Origin: a virus
Virus record (IMG/VR): IMGVR_UViG_3300047459_000157
Coordinates: 6,851-70,850 of that record
DNA length: 64,000 bases
Reading direction: 5' to 3' (one strand)
In this document: piece by piece, positions 19,569 to 31,300 of the stretch
Layout of the letters: the number at the start of each line of letters is the position of its first letter
Numbering within the stretch: the first letter of the stretch is position 1
The notes under the pieces: model-generated
What the model was told of the DNA's origin: nothing
The model's database searches: none
The model's input: only the letters and a program-made list of their open reading frames with translations
Translations under genes and position numbers: made by a program

Positions 19569-22500
19569 ATGCCGGAAATACAACACACTTTTACCGCGGG
19601 GAAAATGAATAAAGACCTCGATGAGAGGTTATTGCCTAATGGTCAGTATAGAGATGCTTTAAATATACAGGTGTCTGGTGCTGACGGTGATGACGTTGGC
19701 GCGGTTACAAACATATTAGGTAATAATTTAGCTTACAGTGTAGAGGTGAGTATAGCTGGTTCGAAATGTGTAGGTGGTATAGCAGATACAGAAAATGAAA
19801 AGATATATTGGTTTTTGTATGGTAACAGTGTAGATGCAATAGCAGAGTATGACCAAATATCTGGTCAAGTAACACCCGTTGTTGTTGATAAGAATAATGT
19901 TTTTGGTTTCTCAAGACTTAACGAATTTAAAATAACAGCTGTTAATATAATTGACGGCTTATTATTTTTTACAGATAACAAGTCTGAACCAAAAGTAATT
20001 AATATAGAAAAATTTAAAGCTGGTAGTACGGATTTTAACACGCATACAGTTTTACTTCCTCAAAGCAATTTAGCTTCTGATTCATACGCTTTTACAGAAG
20101 AAGATGTAACTGTTATTAAGAAAGGACCTAATGTAGAACCTACGTTAACAATGGCTAACACAAAACGTGTTACATCTAATGGAGCTACTGGTATAACAAC
20201 ATCAACTGTTACTTTTGATTTTAGCGATGGATCTGGTAACTTAAAAAGTGTTGGTGATCTTGTTGATTTAGTGTTAAACAACTTTCCTACATATATACCT
20301 GGTGATGTACTTATATTAAGAGCTGGTGATGATGCAAATGGTTTTGATGATGAATATGAGCTAAGACTTGTAGTACAAGCTGGTCAACCACAAGGTAGCA
20401 CATACAAATGTAGAATATTATCAATAGGCTCAACTACACCAACAGTAGCAACAACATGGGAAGTTGTGTTAAAACAAGATGATCCTTTGTTTGAAAAAGA
20501 GTTTGTTAGATTTTCTTATAGATATAAATATAAAGATGGTGAATACTCAACGTTCTCGCCATTTAGTGAAGTAGCTTTTTTACCTAAAGAATTTAGTTAC
20601 GATCCTGCTCAAGGTTATAACTTAGGTATGGTTAATGATCTACGTTCTTTAAAAATAACAAACTTTATACCTTCTGACATACCTAAACAAGTTGAAGAGG
20701 TTGATATATGTTTTAAAAAAGAAAATGGTAGTAATGTTTACGTTGTAAAAAGTATTAAGTATAACGACAAACAGTGGACAGGTACTGGTTCTTATGAGCT
20801 AGAAAGTGAAATGATATATAAAACAATTGAATCAAACCAATTGTTAAGACCTTTTGATAGTGTTCCGTTAAAAGCTCAAGCTCAAGAACTTGTTGCTAAC
20901 AGAATAGTGTATGGTAATTATACACAGAACTTTGATTTAATTAGTGATAGAGGAGTAGATATATCACCTGAATTTGATGTCGTTAACAATATAAGAACTA
21001 CTTCTAACGTAGGTTTTCCAAACAAATCATTAAAGTCACAAAGAACATATCAAGTAGGTATAGTATATAGAGATGCTTATGGTAGAGAAACACCTGTGCA
21101 AGCTGATGATACTGGAAGTATATTATTACCTAAAGATGATGCGCCTAACGCTAATCAAATTACCGTAGCTATGACAAGCCCAGCGCCAGCCTTTGCTACA
21201 ACATATAAGTTTTTTATAAAAGAAACATCTAACGAATATTATAACTTAGCTATGGATCGTTGGTACGATGCTGAAGATGGTAATGTGTGGTTAAGTTTTG
21301 CTTCATCAGAAAGAAATAAAATTGACGAAGAAACTTTTTTAATATTAAAGAAAAGACACGATAGTGAAGAGTTTGTTACTGAGGCTGCTAAGTATAAAGT
21401 AATAGCTATAGAAAATAATGCACCTACAGAGTTAAAAGAAACAAAAGTGTCTTATGGTACGATACCAACCGAGTTTTCTTCAGATGGTTATCCAATACCA
21501 GATGGTACTACAGTAGATATTGATAAAGATGACTTTGAATCAAGGTTTGGTGAAAACTCTGAAATACTATCAGCATCTGATTTATGTATAAGAATAAAAG
21601 CTTCTAGTGGTATATCACAATACTATGATGTAGCTTCAATAAGTTTAAATATAAATTCTAGTGGTAGTGGTGATGATGAATATAGATTTCTTTTAAAAGA
21701 AAAGTTTAGACAAGATGTAAAACAATATTTTCCAACTGGTAACTTTAATAGTGGTGTTAGTGGTATGGAGCTTGAAATAGCTAGAACAGAAATAAAAAGA
21801 AAAGCTGAGTTTACAGGTAGATTTTTTGTTAAAGTATATAGAGATGCATTGTTACAAGAAAAAATACTAGAAACAGGTAACGAAGGTAATTACTCAGTAA
21901 AAGAATCAAAAGGTATATATAAAAGAACTGGAGCTTGTAGTAGCTCTAGATTAGGTGATATATGGGAAAGAGGTTCTGAGTTTAGATTTTGGATTAACAA
22001 CTGTACAGATTTTCATTCAATAAAAGGTAAAGTTAAAGGTAGTAAACTACAGTTAATGGCTAAACACTCACAAGTAACGGTTGATAATCAAGGTAATGTT
22101 AGTGGTTCTAATAAATCAGATAACTTACCTGATCCATTTGCTGGTGGTATAGTTACTGGTAGAGATTACATAGCTATAATGTTTCACACACAAAGAAGCT
22201 TAGAAAAAGTTGGTAACACAGACGAAGGTTTACATATTAACTTTGCAAAAGCATTGTGTACTCAAGGTACTAAGTTTAGATTTACAGAAGATCCTGATGG
22301 AACAGTATATAAAATAAAGCATCACGCTAGAGTTGGTGTAAGATTTTTTGATAAAGCTTTTGAGTCTGATGATGACTGGGCTAGAAACAAAGGTTTGTTT
22401 ATGGTTATGGAATTAGATAAACCAATTGCAGCTTTTGATTTCCAACAAGATGTTTCTAATAGTACTTTTGGTAACATGGAAATACTACAAGAGTACAGCG

Positions 22501-23855
22501 ATGATAATACTTTTAGTACAGAAAATCCAGCTATATGGGAAACAGAGCCTAAAGAAGCAATAGATTTAGATTTATATTATGAAGCAAGTCAAGCTTTTCC
22601 TATAGCAGATCATGGTTTAGCTAAAAATTTAGATTACTCTAATTGCTTTAGTTTTGGTAATGGTGTAGAATCAAATAGAATAAGAGATGATTTTAACACT
22701 ATGACTATAGCTAAAGGTGTTAAAGCTTCAGCTCCACTAGCTGAGCAATACAAAGAAGAGGTCAAGAAAAATGGTTTAATATTTTCTGGTATATACAATT
22801 CTACAAGTGGTATTAACAGAACAAACCAGTTTATAATAGCTGAAGCTATTACAAAAGATATAAATCCAGAATATGGATCAATACAAAAATTACATCAAAG
22901 AGATACAGATCTAACAGTTTGCTGTGAAGATAAAATACTAAAGGTCTTAGCTAACAAAGATGCTTTATTTGAAGCTGGTGGTAATCCACAATTAACAGCT
23001 ACTAATAGAGTTTTAGGACAATCAATGCCATATGTTGGTAAGTTTGGTATAAGTAAAAACCCTGAAAGCTTTGCTAACTATGGTTTTAGATCATACTTTA
23101 CTGATCGTGCTCGAGGAGTTGTTTTAAGGTTATCTAGAGACGGTTTAACACCTATATCAACTCATGGTATGGTAGATTACTTTAGAGACAACCTAGCAAC
23201 ATATGATAACTTAATAGGCAGTTATGATGACAGCAAGGGTCTTTATAACTTAACAATGGTTAGTAGCAGTAGTAGAGGTGGTGAAGATACCGTAAGTTTT
23301 AAAGAACAAGTAACAGGTTGGCCTAGTAGAAAATCATTTATACCTGAATTTGCATTATCATTAAACAATATATATTATAGTTTTAAAGATGGTCAAATGT
23401 ATAAACACAATAACCCTATAAGAAATACTTTTTACAGTGCACAATATAGATATAATAGCGCTAGTACTTCTAACTTTGAAGGATCAAGGTTAAAATTAAT
23501 ACTTAATGATTCACCTAACACTATAAAATCTTTTAAAACTATAAGTTACGAAGGTACGCAAAGTAGAATTATATCAGATTCTAAAGACACAGATGGTTTA
23601 TTATATAACATAGGACCAGGTAAAACACCAGGTTGGTATGTAGACAACGTTGTGTCAGATAAACAAAGTGGTTTTATACCTGAGTTTATAGAAAAAGAAG
23701 GTAAATGGTTCAACTATATAAAAGGTGACGCTACTACATTATTAAACTTAGATAGTAAAGAGTTTAATGTTCAAGGTATAGGTAACTTTGCAACTATAGC
23801 TGATACTCAAGGACCAATCACTGTTGAAATAAACATAATTGAAAATAACGACTAA
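19569..23855 (+). CDS. Tail nozzle / stabilization protein (tail tubular B-like)
   Basis: 1428 aa; N-terminal GKMNKDLDERL..GQYRDALN and beta-propeller-like segments; position in the tail block. Confidence 0.65.
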   Translation: MPEIQHTFTAGKMNKDLDERLLPNGQYRDALNIQVSGADGDDVGAVTNILGNNLAYSVEVSIAGSKCVGGIADTENEKIYWFLYGNSVDAIAEYDQISGQVTPVVVDKNNVFGFSRLNEFKITAVNIIDGLLFFTDNKSEPKVINIEKFKAGSTDFNTHTVLLPQSNLASDSYAFTEEDVTVIKKGPNVEPTLTMANTKRVTSNGATGITTSTVTFDFSDGSGNLKSVGDLVDLVLNNFPTYIPGDVLILRAGDDANGFDDEYELRLVVQAGQPQGSTYKCRILSIGSTTPTVATTWEVVLKQDDPLFEKEFVRFSYRYKYKDGEYSTFSPFSEVAFLPKEFSYDPAQGYNLGMVNDLRSLKITNFIPSDIPKQVEEVDICFKKENGSNVYVVKSIKYNDKQWTGTGSYELESEMIYKTIESNQLLRPFDSVPLKAQAQELVANRIVYGNYTQNFDLISDRGVDISPEFDVVNNIRTTSNVGFPNKSLKSQRTYQVGIVYRDAYGRETPVQADDTGSILLPKDDAPNANQITVAMTSPAPAFATTYKFFIKETSNEYYNLAMDRWYDAEDGNVWLSFASSERNKIDEETFLILKKRHDSEEFVTEAAKYKVIAIENNAPTELKETKVSYGTIPTEFSSDGYPIPDGTTVDIDKDDFESRFGENSEILSASDLCIRIKASSGISQYYDVASISLNINSSGSGDDEYRFLLKEKFRQDVKQYFPTGNFNSGVSGMELEIARTEIKRKAEFTGRFFVKVYRDALLQEKILETGNEGNYSVKESKGIYKRTGACSSSRLGDIWERGSEFRFWINNCTDFHSIKGKVKGSKLQLMAKHSQVTVDNQGNVSGSNKSDNLPDPFAGGIVTGRDYIAIMFHTQRSLEKVGNTDEGLHINFAKALCTQGTKFRFTEDPDGTVYKIKHHARVGVRFFDKAFESDDDWARNKGLFMVMELDKPIAAFDFQQDVSNSTFGNMEILQEYSDDNTFSTENPAIWETEPKEAIDLDLYYEASQAFPIADHGLAKNLDYSNCFSFGNGVESNRIRDDFNTMTIAKGVKASAPLAEQYKEEVKKNGLIFSGIYNSTSGINRTNQFIIAEAITKDINPEYGSIQKLHQRDTDLTVCCEDKILKVLANKDALFEAGGNPQLTATNRVLGQSMPYVGKFGISKNPESFANYGFRSYFTDRARGVVLRLSRDGLTPISTHGMVDYFRDNLATYDNLIGSYDDSKGLYNLTMVSSSSRGGEDTVSFKEQVTGWPSRKSFIPEFALSLNNIYYSFKDGQMYKHNNPIRNTFYSAQYRYNSASTSNFEGSRLKLILNDSPNTIKSFKTISYEGTQSRIISDSKDTDGLLYNIGPGKTPGWYVDNVVSDKQSGFIPEFIEKEGKWFNYIKGDATTLLNLDSKEFNVQGIGNFATIADTQGPITVEINIIENND

Positions 23856-25924
23856 TGGCATTAACTAACTGTACAATAAATTCATCATCGATTAATGTTA
23901 CTAAAGGTAATAACCTAACAGGTGTTGCTAACCAAGTATTAACTATATTACCAGATCCTGGTTTTGTTGTTGCTGCTGCTGATTTTACAAAAGCATCACC
24001 TCCAACTGGAATATCTAGTATAACTCTTGGTAATAGCCACGCCAACCCATATCATGATGATAACAAGGTTACAGTAACATGTGATTACGATGATAGTTTT
24101 GTTGCTGATGCTAATTTAACTTTTACAATAAATGTTGATGGAGCTGCTGTAGATAAAAAAGCAAGACCTTGGACTTTTGCTGGGCATTGGGTTCAAAAGA
24201 TTAATTCAAACATAACAGCTAGCCCTGTAACAGCAACTACTAACCAAGTGTATTCTGGCTCAAATACATTTAACAATAGAACAGAAATATTTACTCAGTT
24301 TTACGAAGCTAATAATGGTTTTTACTTTACAAGTATACCTACAGTAACACCAACAGCATCTCCATACAACGATAACTACGAATCATCTATAACAGAGATT
24401 GCTTGGAGTGCTGGTAGAGTTACAAAATATAAAGTAGTAGTTACTTTTAAAACTCCAGAAGCATTTGTTACTGGACACGTAATAGATATAAACTCTGGTG
24501 CTGTCGCTGCTTTTGATGCTGCGGCAAACTTAGTATCAGGTGTTACAATAGATCAAAGTAATTTACCATTAAAAGGTCCTGCAGAAAGAACATTAAGAGT
24601 GTATGGTAATAGTGGTTGTTCAATTCAAATATGTATCAGATCTAGTACTGGTAAAAATTACAATGTAATAAATGACACATGGACTAGCTTTGGTAGTGAG
24701 GTTTATAGTGCTAACATAACAATGCCGAGTGATGGGTTTTTTGAAACAATAGTATCATTTTTAGATAACGGTACTAATGCAAACCAAACATATGATATAA
24801 AAGTTAAAGGTGGTACATCACCAGCAACTAACACTGCATTAAACAATGTTAACAATAATGATCCTTTTGTTATACCAATGACTCAAAGGCCAAACGTTGC
24901 TTTAACAGTAACAGGTACTTCATCAGTAGGTGCTTTAACTATAACAGAAACAAACAATGTTATATCTGTTGGTCATGGTGAAAATGTTGATAAATTTGGT
25001 AATGCTTTTGGTAAAAAAGATTTATCAATGACCGTAGTACATTCTAGCGGTAAAAATATGTTTTTAAGAAGACAACCTGTTTTTAGAGATGATATAAACT
25101 ATTTAGCTAGTAACTCAGCAACAATAACTGGAACAACAAATGATTTTACAAACACTCAGTCTAGCGCAAACGGTGGTACTGAGTTTGAAATATTAGGTTT
25201 AAATGCTACTGGAAATGGTACTGCTACGTTAACAATAGCAAGTAGTTCAGGTGGTTTCTCTTCATTAAAAGGAGGAACAACATCACCTGTTCAAAGTGTT
25301 TTAAATATAGATAACTTTGTAAATCAAGCGCCTGTAGCTAATCCTGCTACTAGACAAATTGATCATAACACAGCTACAACTATAAATTTAACAGGATCAG
25401 ATCCTGAAGGTGATACAATAACTTACGCAATAGTTCAAAATCCTCTTAATGGTACTATAAGTAATTTAAATAGTGCAACAGGTTCATTAACTTTTACACC
25501 AGCCAATGGTACTTCTGGTAATACAACATTTACTTTCAAAACAAACGATGGTTTTGAAGATAGTGGTAACGCTACAATTACATGTCAAGTTGCTTCTGCA
25601 CCAGGTGGTGGTGGTGGTAGTGTTGCTAGATTTGAATTAGATACTTATAACAACAACGGTGTATACAGTGGTACTCATTACATACACGCAACGCAAACGT
25701 GTACCGCTGGTAATTTAGCTGTAACTTGTATGAACTTTGGTAGTTTAACTAACAAATGGGTTAGATGGAGAACAGTTGCTGGTGGTTGTAATAGTACTGA
25801 ATACTTTAGAGGTCAAATAAAAGGAGCTGCTTCAACTGGTGTACCTACAGCTTATGTAAGTGGTGACACATACTATAACAGCATGGCTGATTCGGTATCT
25901 GGTAGTAATGCGGTAACTTGTTAA
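23855..25924 (+). CDS. Structural protein with Ig/cadherin-like (Big_9) domain
   Basis: NQAPVA...GSDPEGDTITY...P.NGT...LTFTP...TFTFKTNDG is a Big_9/cadherin-like repeat. Confidence 0.7.
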   Translation: MALTNCTINSSSINVTKGNNLTGVANQVLTILPDPGFVVAAADFTKASPPTGISSITLGNSHANPYHDDNKVTVTCDYDDSFVADANLTFTINVDGAAVDKKARPWTFAGHWVQKINSNITASPVTATTNQVYSGSNTFNNRTEIFTQFYEANNGFYFTSIPTVTPTASPYNDNYESSITEIAWSAGRVTKYKVVVTFKTPEAFVTGHVIDINSGAVAAFDAAANLVSGVTIDQSNLPLKGPAERTLRVYGNSGCSIQICIRSSTGKNYNVINDTWTSFGSEVYSANITMPSDGFFETIVSFLDNGTNANQTYDIKVKGGTSPATNTALNNVNNNDPFVIPMTQRPNVALTVTGTSSVGALTITETNNVISVGHGENVDKFGNAFGKKDLSMTVVHSSGKNMFLRRQPVFRDDINYLASNSATITGTTNDFTNTQSSANGGTEFEILGLNATGNGTATLTIASSSGGFSSLKGGTTSPVQSVLNIDNFVNQAPVANPATRQIDHNTATTINLTGSDPEGDTITYAIVQNPLNGTISNLNSATGSLTFTPANGTSGNTTFTFKTNDGFEDSGNATITCQVASAPGGGGGSVARFELDTYNNNGVYSGTHYIHATQTCTAGNLAVTCMNFGSLTNKWVRWRTVAGGCNSTEYFRGQIKGAASTGVPTAYVSGDTYYNSMADSVSGSNAVTC

Positions 25925-25934
25925 AAAATAAAAT

Positions 25935-26381
25935 ATGGCAACATTAACTTTAACTTTTAATAATCAACTAAACGATTCACTGCAAATAGGTGATGTAGCT
26001 TACTATATGACAACTCAAGATCATGTTATAACAGACAATGATTTTCAACTTGGTAATGCTAGTACAAATCCTGCTTTTAGTGAAAATCAAAGTGGTAACC
26101 CTACGCAAGCGTTTTCAAATGCTTTTGTAGAAATGGGTATGGTAACTGATTTACCAACATCAATGGGTGGTACTTTAACAACAGCTAATCAAATGCAGGT
26201 GTTTATAGATGCTACAACAACTAGACCAACTAGTGCTAGTTTTATCATGTTTAGTAAGGATGCTAGAGCTAATATGTCAAGTTTACTTGGTTACTACGCT
26301 GAAGTTGAGTTTGTTAACACTTCTGATTCAGAGGCTGAGATTTTTGCAGTAAACAGTGAGATAGTTGAAAGTAGTAAATAA
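25935..26381 (+). CDS. Tail-associated protein
   Basis: 148 aa, with NDSLQIGD and LLGYYAEV segments; in the structural block. Confidence 0.5.
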   Translation: MATLTLTFNNQLNDSLQIGDVAYYMTTQDHVITDNDFQLGNASTNPAFSENQSGNPTQAFSNAFVEMGMVTDLPTSMGGTLTTANQMQVFIDATTTRPTSASFIMFSKDARANMSSLLGYYAEVEFVNTSDSEAEIFAVNSEIVESSK

Positions 26382-26420
26382 TATGTGATTATATATGTAT
26401 AACTTAATTAAAAAAATATA

Positions 26421-27044
26421 ATGGGTTTAATAAAAGATGCAATAGGTGGAACAGTAGGCGGTTTAACTAGTATTGCTAGTGGTATTATAGGTAGTGGTAA
26501 AAGAAAAAGAGAAGAAAGAGCTGCTAAAAGAGAATTTGATGCTGCAAAACAGCGTATGGCTGGTTTTGACACGTCTAACTTATATGCTAATCAAGAAAAC
26601 GCCTATGAAGATTTAACTGTAAATCAACAAGCCTCACAGTTTCAAGCACAACAAAATCAAGCTTCACAAGCAAACATTATGTCTAGTATGGCAGGTGCTG
26701 CTGGTGGTGGTGGTATTGCTGCATTGGCTCAAACTATGGCTAATCAAAGTGCGCAACAAAATGCTGCTGCATCTGCTAGTATTGCTCAACAAGAAAGCGC
26801 TAACCAAATGGCAGCTGCTAAAGGTGATATGGCACTTCAATCATCTGAATTAGCAGGAGCTACACAAGCTAGACAAATGGGCTTAGATAAACAAAGTTTC
26901 TTATTTGATCAATCATCTCAAAGATTAGGTGCTGCAAAAGCAGCAAGAGCAAAAGCAACAGAAGCTATATACGGAGGCATTGGCCAAATGGGTGAAGCTG
27001 CTGGAGCTGCTGGTGAAGCTGTGTTAACTGGTCAATTAGGATAA
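26421..27044 (+). CDS. Ejection (pilot) protein
   Basis: Gly/Ala/Gln-rich helical protein with an N-terminal Gly-rich hydrophobic segment, typical of podovirus internal virion proteins. Confidence 0.6.
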   Translation: MGLIKDAIGGTVGGLTSIASGIIGSGKRKREERAAKREFDAAKQRMAGFDTSNLYANQENAYEDLTVNQQASQFQAQQNQASQANIMSSMAGAAGGGGIAALAQTMANQSAQQNAAASASIAQQESANQMAAAKGDMALQSSELAGATQARQMGLDKQSFLFDQSSQRLGAAKAARAKATEAIYGGIGQMGEAAGAAGEAVLTGQLG

Positions 27045-27057
27045 TAAAATAAATAAA

Positions 27058-28374
27058 ATGGCAACACAAAATACACAAAAAAGATCAGGTTTTTCAGGTC
27101 ATAAAAATTATGGCGCTTATGCAGGTGACTATGTAGCTACTGTTAAAGATTTATCAGCTGCAAGTAGACGCGCAAGTCCTAGTGGAACAAATTTTAATAA
27201 GTTACAAAAATTTCAAGCAGAACAAAAAATGAAAACCGCTATTGATAGTGGTAATGTTGATTTTAACATGGGGTTAGTTCCTGATGCTTACAAAGCTCAG
27301 ATGAAAGACTATATACTTAATAAAGCTAGAGAAAAAGGTCAAATAGAATTACAGATAGAAAGAATGAGGGAAGGTGGTAACATGAGTGATCCAATGTATC
27401 AAGAGTTAAGAATGCAAGCTTCTCAAATAGAACAAGAGCTAGGTCCAAGCGGTAGCTTAACAAAAGCATGGACAAACTTTAACCAAGGTGCTCAAGACTT
27501 TGCTGAAGATAGTTTAGAAGGTAGTATATCTATAATGAGTGATAGTGCTAATGAACATGCTAATGCTGATTTATATTCTAATTCTTTACAGTTAGATATA
27601 TCAAATGGTACTTTAAACTTTGGTAATCAAGACATGGGCTTTACTGCTTATGATAAGTTTCCTGATTATTTTAATGCTGACTATACTAATGCTAGCAATA
27701 TAATAAGTCAATCACAAGGTATATTTGACAAAGGTGTAAAGCTAACAGGTCCTGATAAATTAAAATATAGTAATAACTTTCAAGAAGTATTAAGAAAAGG
27801 TGGTACAGAAAGCGTGTTGTCATTAGCTTTTGATCCATTAATAACTCCTAATGAAAGTTTATTAGATTTTAAAGATCCTAAATATAAAAAATTAGTTGAG
27901 ATAATACAAGGTGATGATCCTATGATGGCTGCTGAGGCAATGGAAGAACTAAAAGCAGATTTAACAAGCAGCTATATAAATGTTTTAGACACTCAAGCAA
28001 CTAATGGTTTTAACGCTAAAAACCCTGATGGTGGTGATGGTGGTGGTGACGGTTTCTTCTCTTCGTTTGGTAGTTTTTATTCAGCTGGTCAGTTTGATAT
28101 GAATAAGTATTTAGTATCACAAGGTCTTGAAGAAGGTACTGATTTTGCAACAATGAGTGAAGAGGATAAAAGTAAAGCTTTTGGTTATTTAAAAGATGAA
28201 ATAAACAATTTAATGTTAGATAACGAAATTAACCAATATACTGAGTTTAGGTTTAGAGGCGTTGATGCTAAAGGTAATCCTAAATTTAATTTTAAAGACA
28301 GAATATCTGGTACTGTATACAAAAATTACAGTATGGATAGACTTGAAAAGCTTTTGAATAAAAAAATAAAATAA
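27058..28374 (+). CDS. Internal virion (ejection) protein
   Basis: 438-aa helical protein between the pilot protein and the giant protein. Confidence 0.5.
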   Translation: MATQNTQKRSGFSGHKNYGAYAGDYVATVKDLSAASRRASPSGTNFNKLQKFQAEQKMKTAIDSGNVDFNMGLVPDAYKAQMKDYILNKAREKGQIELQIERMREGGNMSDPMYQELRMQASQIEQELGPSGSLTKAWTNFNQGAQDFAEDSLEGSISIMSDSANEHANADLYSNSLQLDISNGTLNFGNQDMGFTAYDKFPDYFNADYTNASNIISQSQGIFDKGVKLTGPDKLKYSNNFQEVLRKGGTESVLSLAFDPLITPNESLLDFKDPKYKKLVEIIQGDDPMMAAEAMEELKADLTSSYINVLDTQATNGFNAKNPDGGDGGGDGFFSSFGSFYSAGQFDMNKYLVSQGLEEGTDFATMSEEDKSKAFGYLKDEINNLMLDNEINQYTEFRFRGVDAKGNPKFNFKDRISGTVYKNYSMDRLEKLLNKKIK

Positions 28375-28380
28375 ATTAGT

Positions 28381-31300
28381 ATGTCAGATTTTTACGTGTC
28401 AAGCGTTACTGGCGAGCCTATTGCGAAGGAGCAAGCTCAAAGTAAAGCTAAAGAATTAGGTGTTACGTTAGATGAGTATTTAGACTCTTATAACTATGAA
28501 TTAGCTCTTCCAAACGAGGCTGACACAGACAATAATGTCGTGGATAACACAGTGCCTGAGTATGTAGAGCCAGAGCCTATTGCATTAGATCCAAACACTC
28601 CAGATCCTTCAGATCAAATGTTCGATGCCTTCGAACTAGAACCAGGTGAACAAGAATTACAAGATGAAAACCTGATAAACAAAAGAACAGCTAAACGTAG
28701 AGAACTCTTTGATAACATTGAAGAGGAAGAAGCTGTATCACTCCTAAAATCATATTTTCCAGACTTTAAATTTGAAGAAGCAACTGTATGGGCTAGCTCA
28801 ACAGGTTTTCCATCTACAGATGCTGTTAGAGTAACTTCACCTGATGGTGAAAATAGTATCAAGCTAGAACTAGATATAGGTATGTTTGATATAGATCCAT
28901 ACATGAAAAATGAAGATGGTACTCCTTACTCACATATAGATGGAAATTATGAAAAATTAAAAAAGTTTATAAAAGAACACAGTGTTGATGTTGAAGGTAC
29001 TTTAGCTGCTCAAGCTAATATAGGTGATACAGAAATAGGTATACAAGATACTAGACAGACAACAACACAACTACCTAGATCAGGTGTAACAGTTACATCA
29101 GAAGAAACATATATAAAAGAATACAAGACTGTATCTGAAATATATAACACTAGTCATTTAGAAGGTGGTGCTAAGATTGATGATAGCGATATAACAGCTA
29201 TAAATGAAAAATATAAATACGATCCTACTACAGGTACTTATGATTTAAGTATATTTGATACAGAAAAAAGAAAAAGAACATCAGGTGGTTATGCTTCGCC
29301 TACCACAGGTATTGTAACCGGTAGTAGCGTTGTAGAGTACGATTATCAACCATATGAAGCTGAACTAGAAGCAACAAGAAAACAGTTAACAGCGAGATCT
29401 GAAAGCTCAGACTATGAGTTTACAGAAGAAGATGTAAAGAAATTTACAGCAATGAATATGAGATCGCAAGATATAACTGAGAAAAAAGCATATGTATTAG
29501 AACAATTTATAGATAGTCAACCTGAAAGCACGCAGGGTATAATGCAAGCTTATAATCTTCAAGAATCTGATAAAGCTCAAAAAGAATCTATAAAGAAAAG
29601 TGTTTTAGCAGAAAATAAACTAAACGAAGCTGTTGAAAAACAAAAGTTTATGGAAGGTTATATTGATTGGTATCAAAACCCAAATCAAACATGGGATTTT
29701 CCAGATGATTATCAAGGTGAAGTAATTCAATTAGCTAACGGCAAGATAACACCTAAAGATCAATACTTAAACTTTATAAACTTTTCACAACAACATGCTG
29801 ATCTTATAGAAGAAGCAAATAGCTTACAAAGAGAAGCTCATGCTTCAGCTGATCAGGTTGCTGATAGAGAAGCTCAATGGGATTTATTAAGAAGAGACTA
29901 TGATGTATGGAGTAAGTCTGGAGCTAATATTGCTTTAGGTACTACTGATATATTAGTTGGTGGTGCATATATGGCTCACAAACTTGCTAGGTTTATTCCT
30001 GGTGTTGGGCTACCGTCTATATTACTAGATGATATTGTGGACGATGCAGCAGCTGATTATTATGGTTGGTCACAAGAAGCTAGAGAAGATTATCAAAGAG
30101 ATATAAAGTTTGAAGATGCTTTTAGTGATGGTAACTTTGGTGAATTTTTTATGGCAGAGATGTCAAAGCAAATACCTATACTAGCATCGATAATAGCTAG
30201 TGGTGGTACATACGCGCCTTATGTTGTTGGTACTTACTCTGGTGGTCAAGAGTGGATGAGACTAGAACATTCTAATAAATACTATGGTACAGACTATGGT
30301 GAAGGTGAAATGTTTATGAGATCTGTTGGTTATGGTACAGCTGAATCTGTATTAGGTACTTTACCTACTGTATGGATATTAGGTAGAGGTTCTAAAATAA
30401 TGACACAAAAGTTTGGTCAAGAGTGGATAAAAGGTGCTGGTAAACAATACCGAAGAAAAATGGCTGGAGAAACTCTTTTAGCTTCACCAATGATAGAAGC
30501 TGGATCTGAAGCTTTAACATCGTTATCTCAAAACATGATAAGTTATGCCGCTGGTGATTTACACTATAGTCAATTAACTCAAGGTATGGATCATGCTGGT
30601 TTTGTGGGTGGTTTAATGGGTTTAACCTTAGGTGGTAGTCAGTTTGCGGTAGGTGCTGCAACAGCTTCAATAACTAGTAGTGCAAACCTAGAACAAATAC
30701 TAGATCTTCAAGAAAGATATAGAAACTTAGAAGATAAAACTTCTCCTGAAGCTAAACAAGTCATTCGTGATATGGACAATTTATATAGAGCTGAAAAAGC
30801 AAAGCTTGATAATATAGATGAAGAAGGTAAAAGAGGTTATGATGCAGCTACAAGACTGCAAGCTGAGATACTTGCTGAAGCTAGAGAAATTGAAGCTAGT
30901 GACAAAAGTAATAAACAAAAACAAAAAGAATTAAAAGATAAACTTGATAAGTTTAATTCATTACAATTTCAAAGAGATACATATAGAAACAAAGATTCTT
31001 TTGGTAACGCTTTTGCTGTATTAGAAACAAATGATAAAGATTTATTTGACGAGCTAAGACAAAAAGCTATTAGATCATTTGATGGTAAAATACCTACAGA
31101 AGATCAAATAAAAGAAACAATGGAAAAGCTTTACTACGATGATAGAGTAGATAAGCAAATAGAAAAAGATATAGATTTAAATAAAAGGCTAGGTAAAAGT
31201 CTTAATATAGTAGATGTTCAAGGTGCTGTTGATGTTGTTAGAGACATTATTAATAGTATTAAAAACAACAAAGACAACTTAGATGAAAATGGTAAACTAA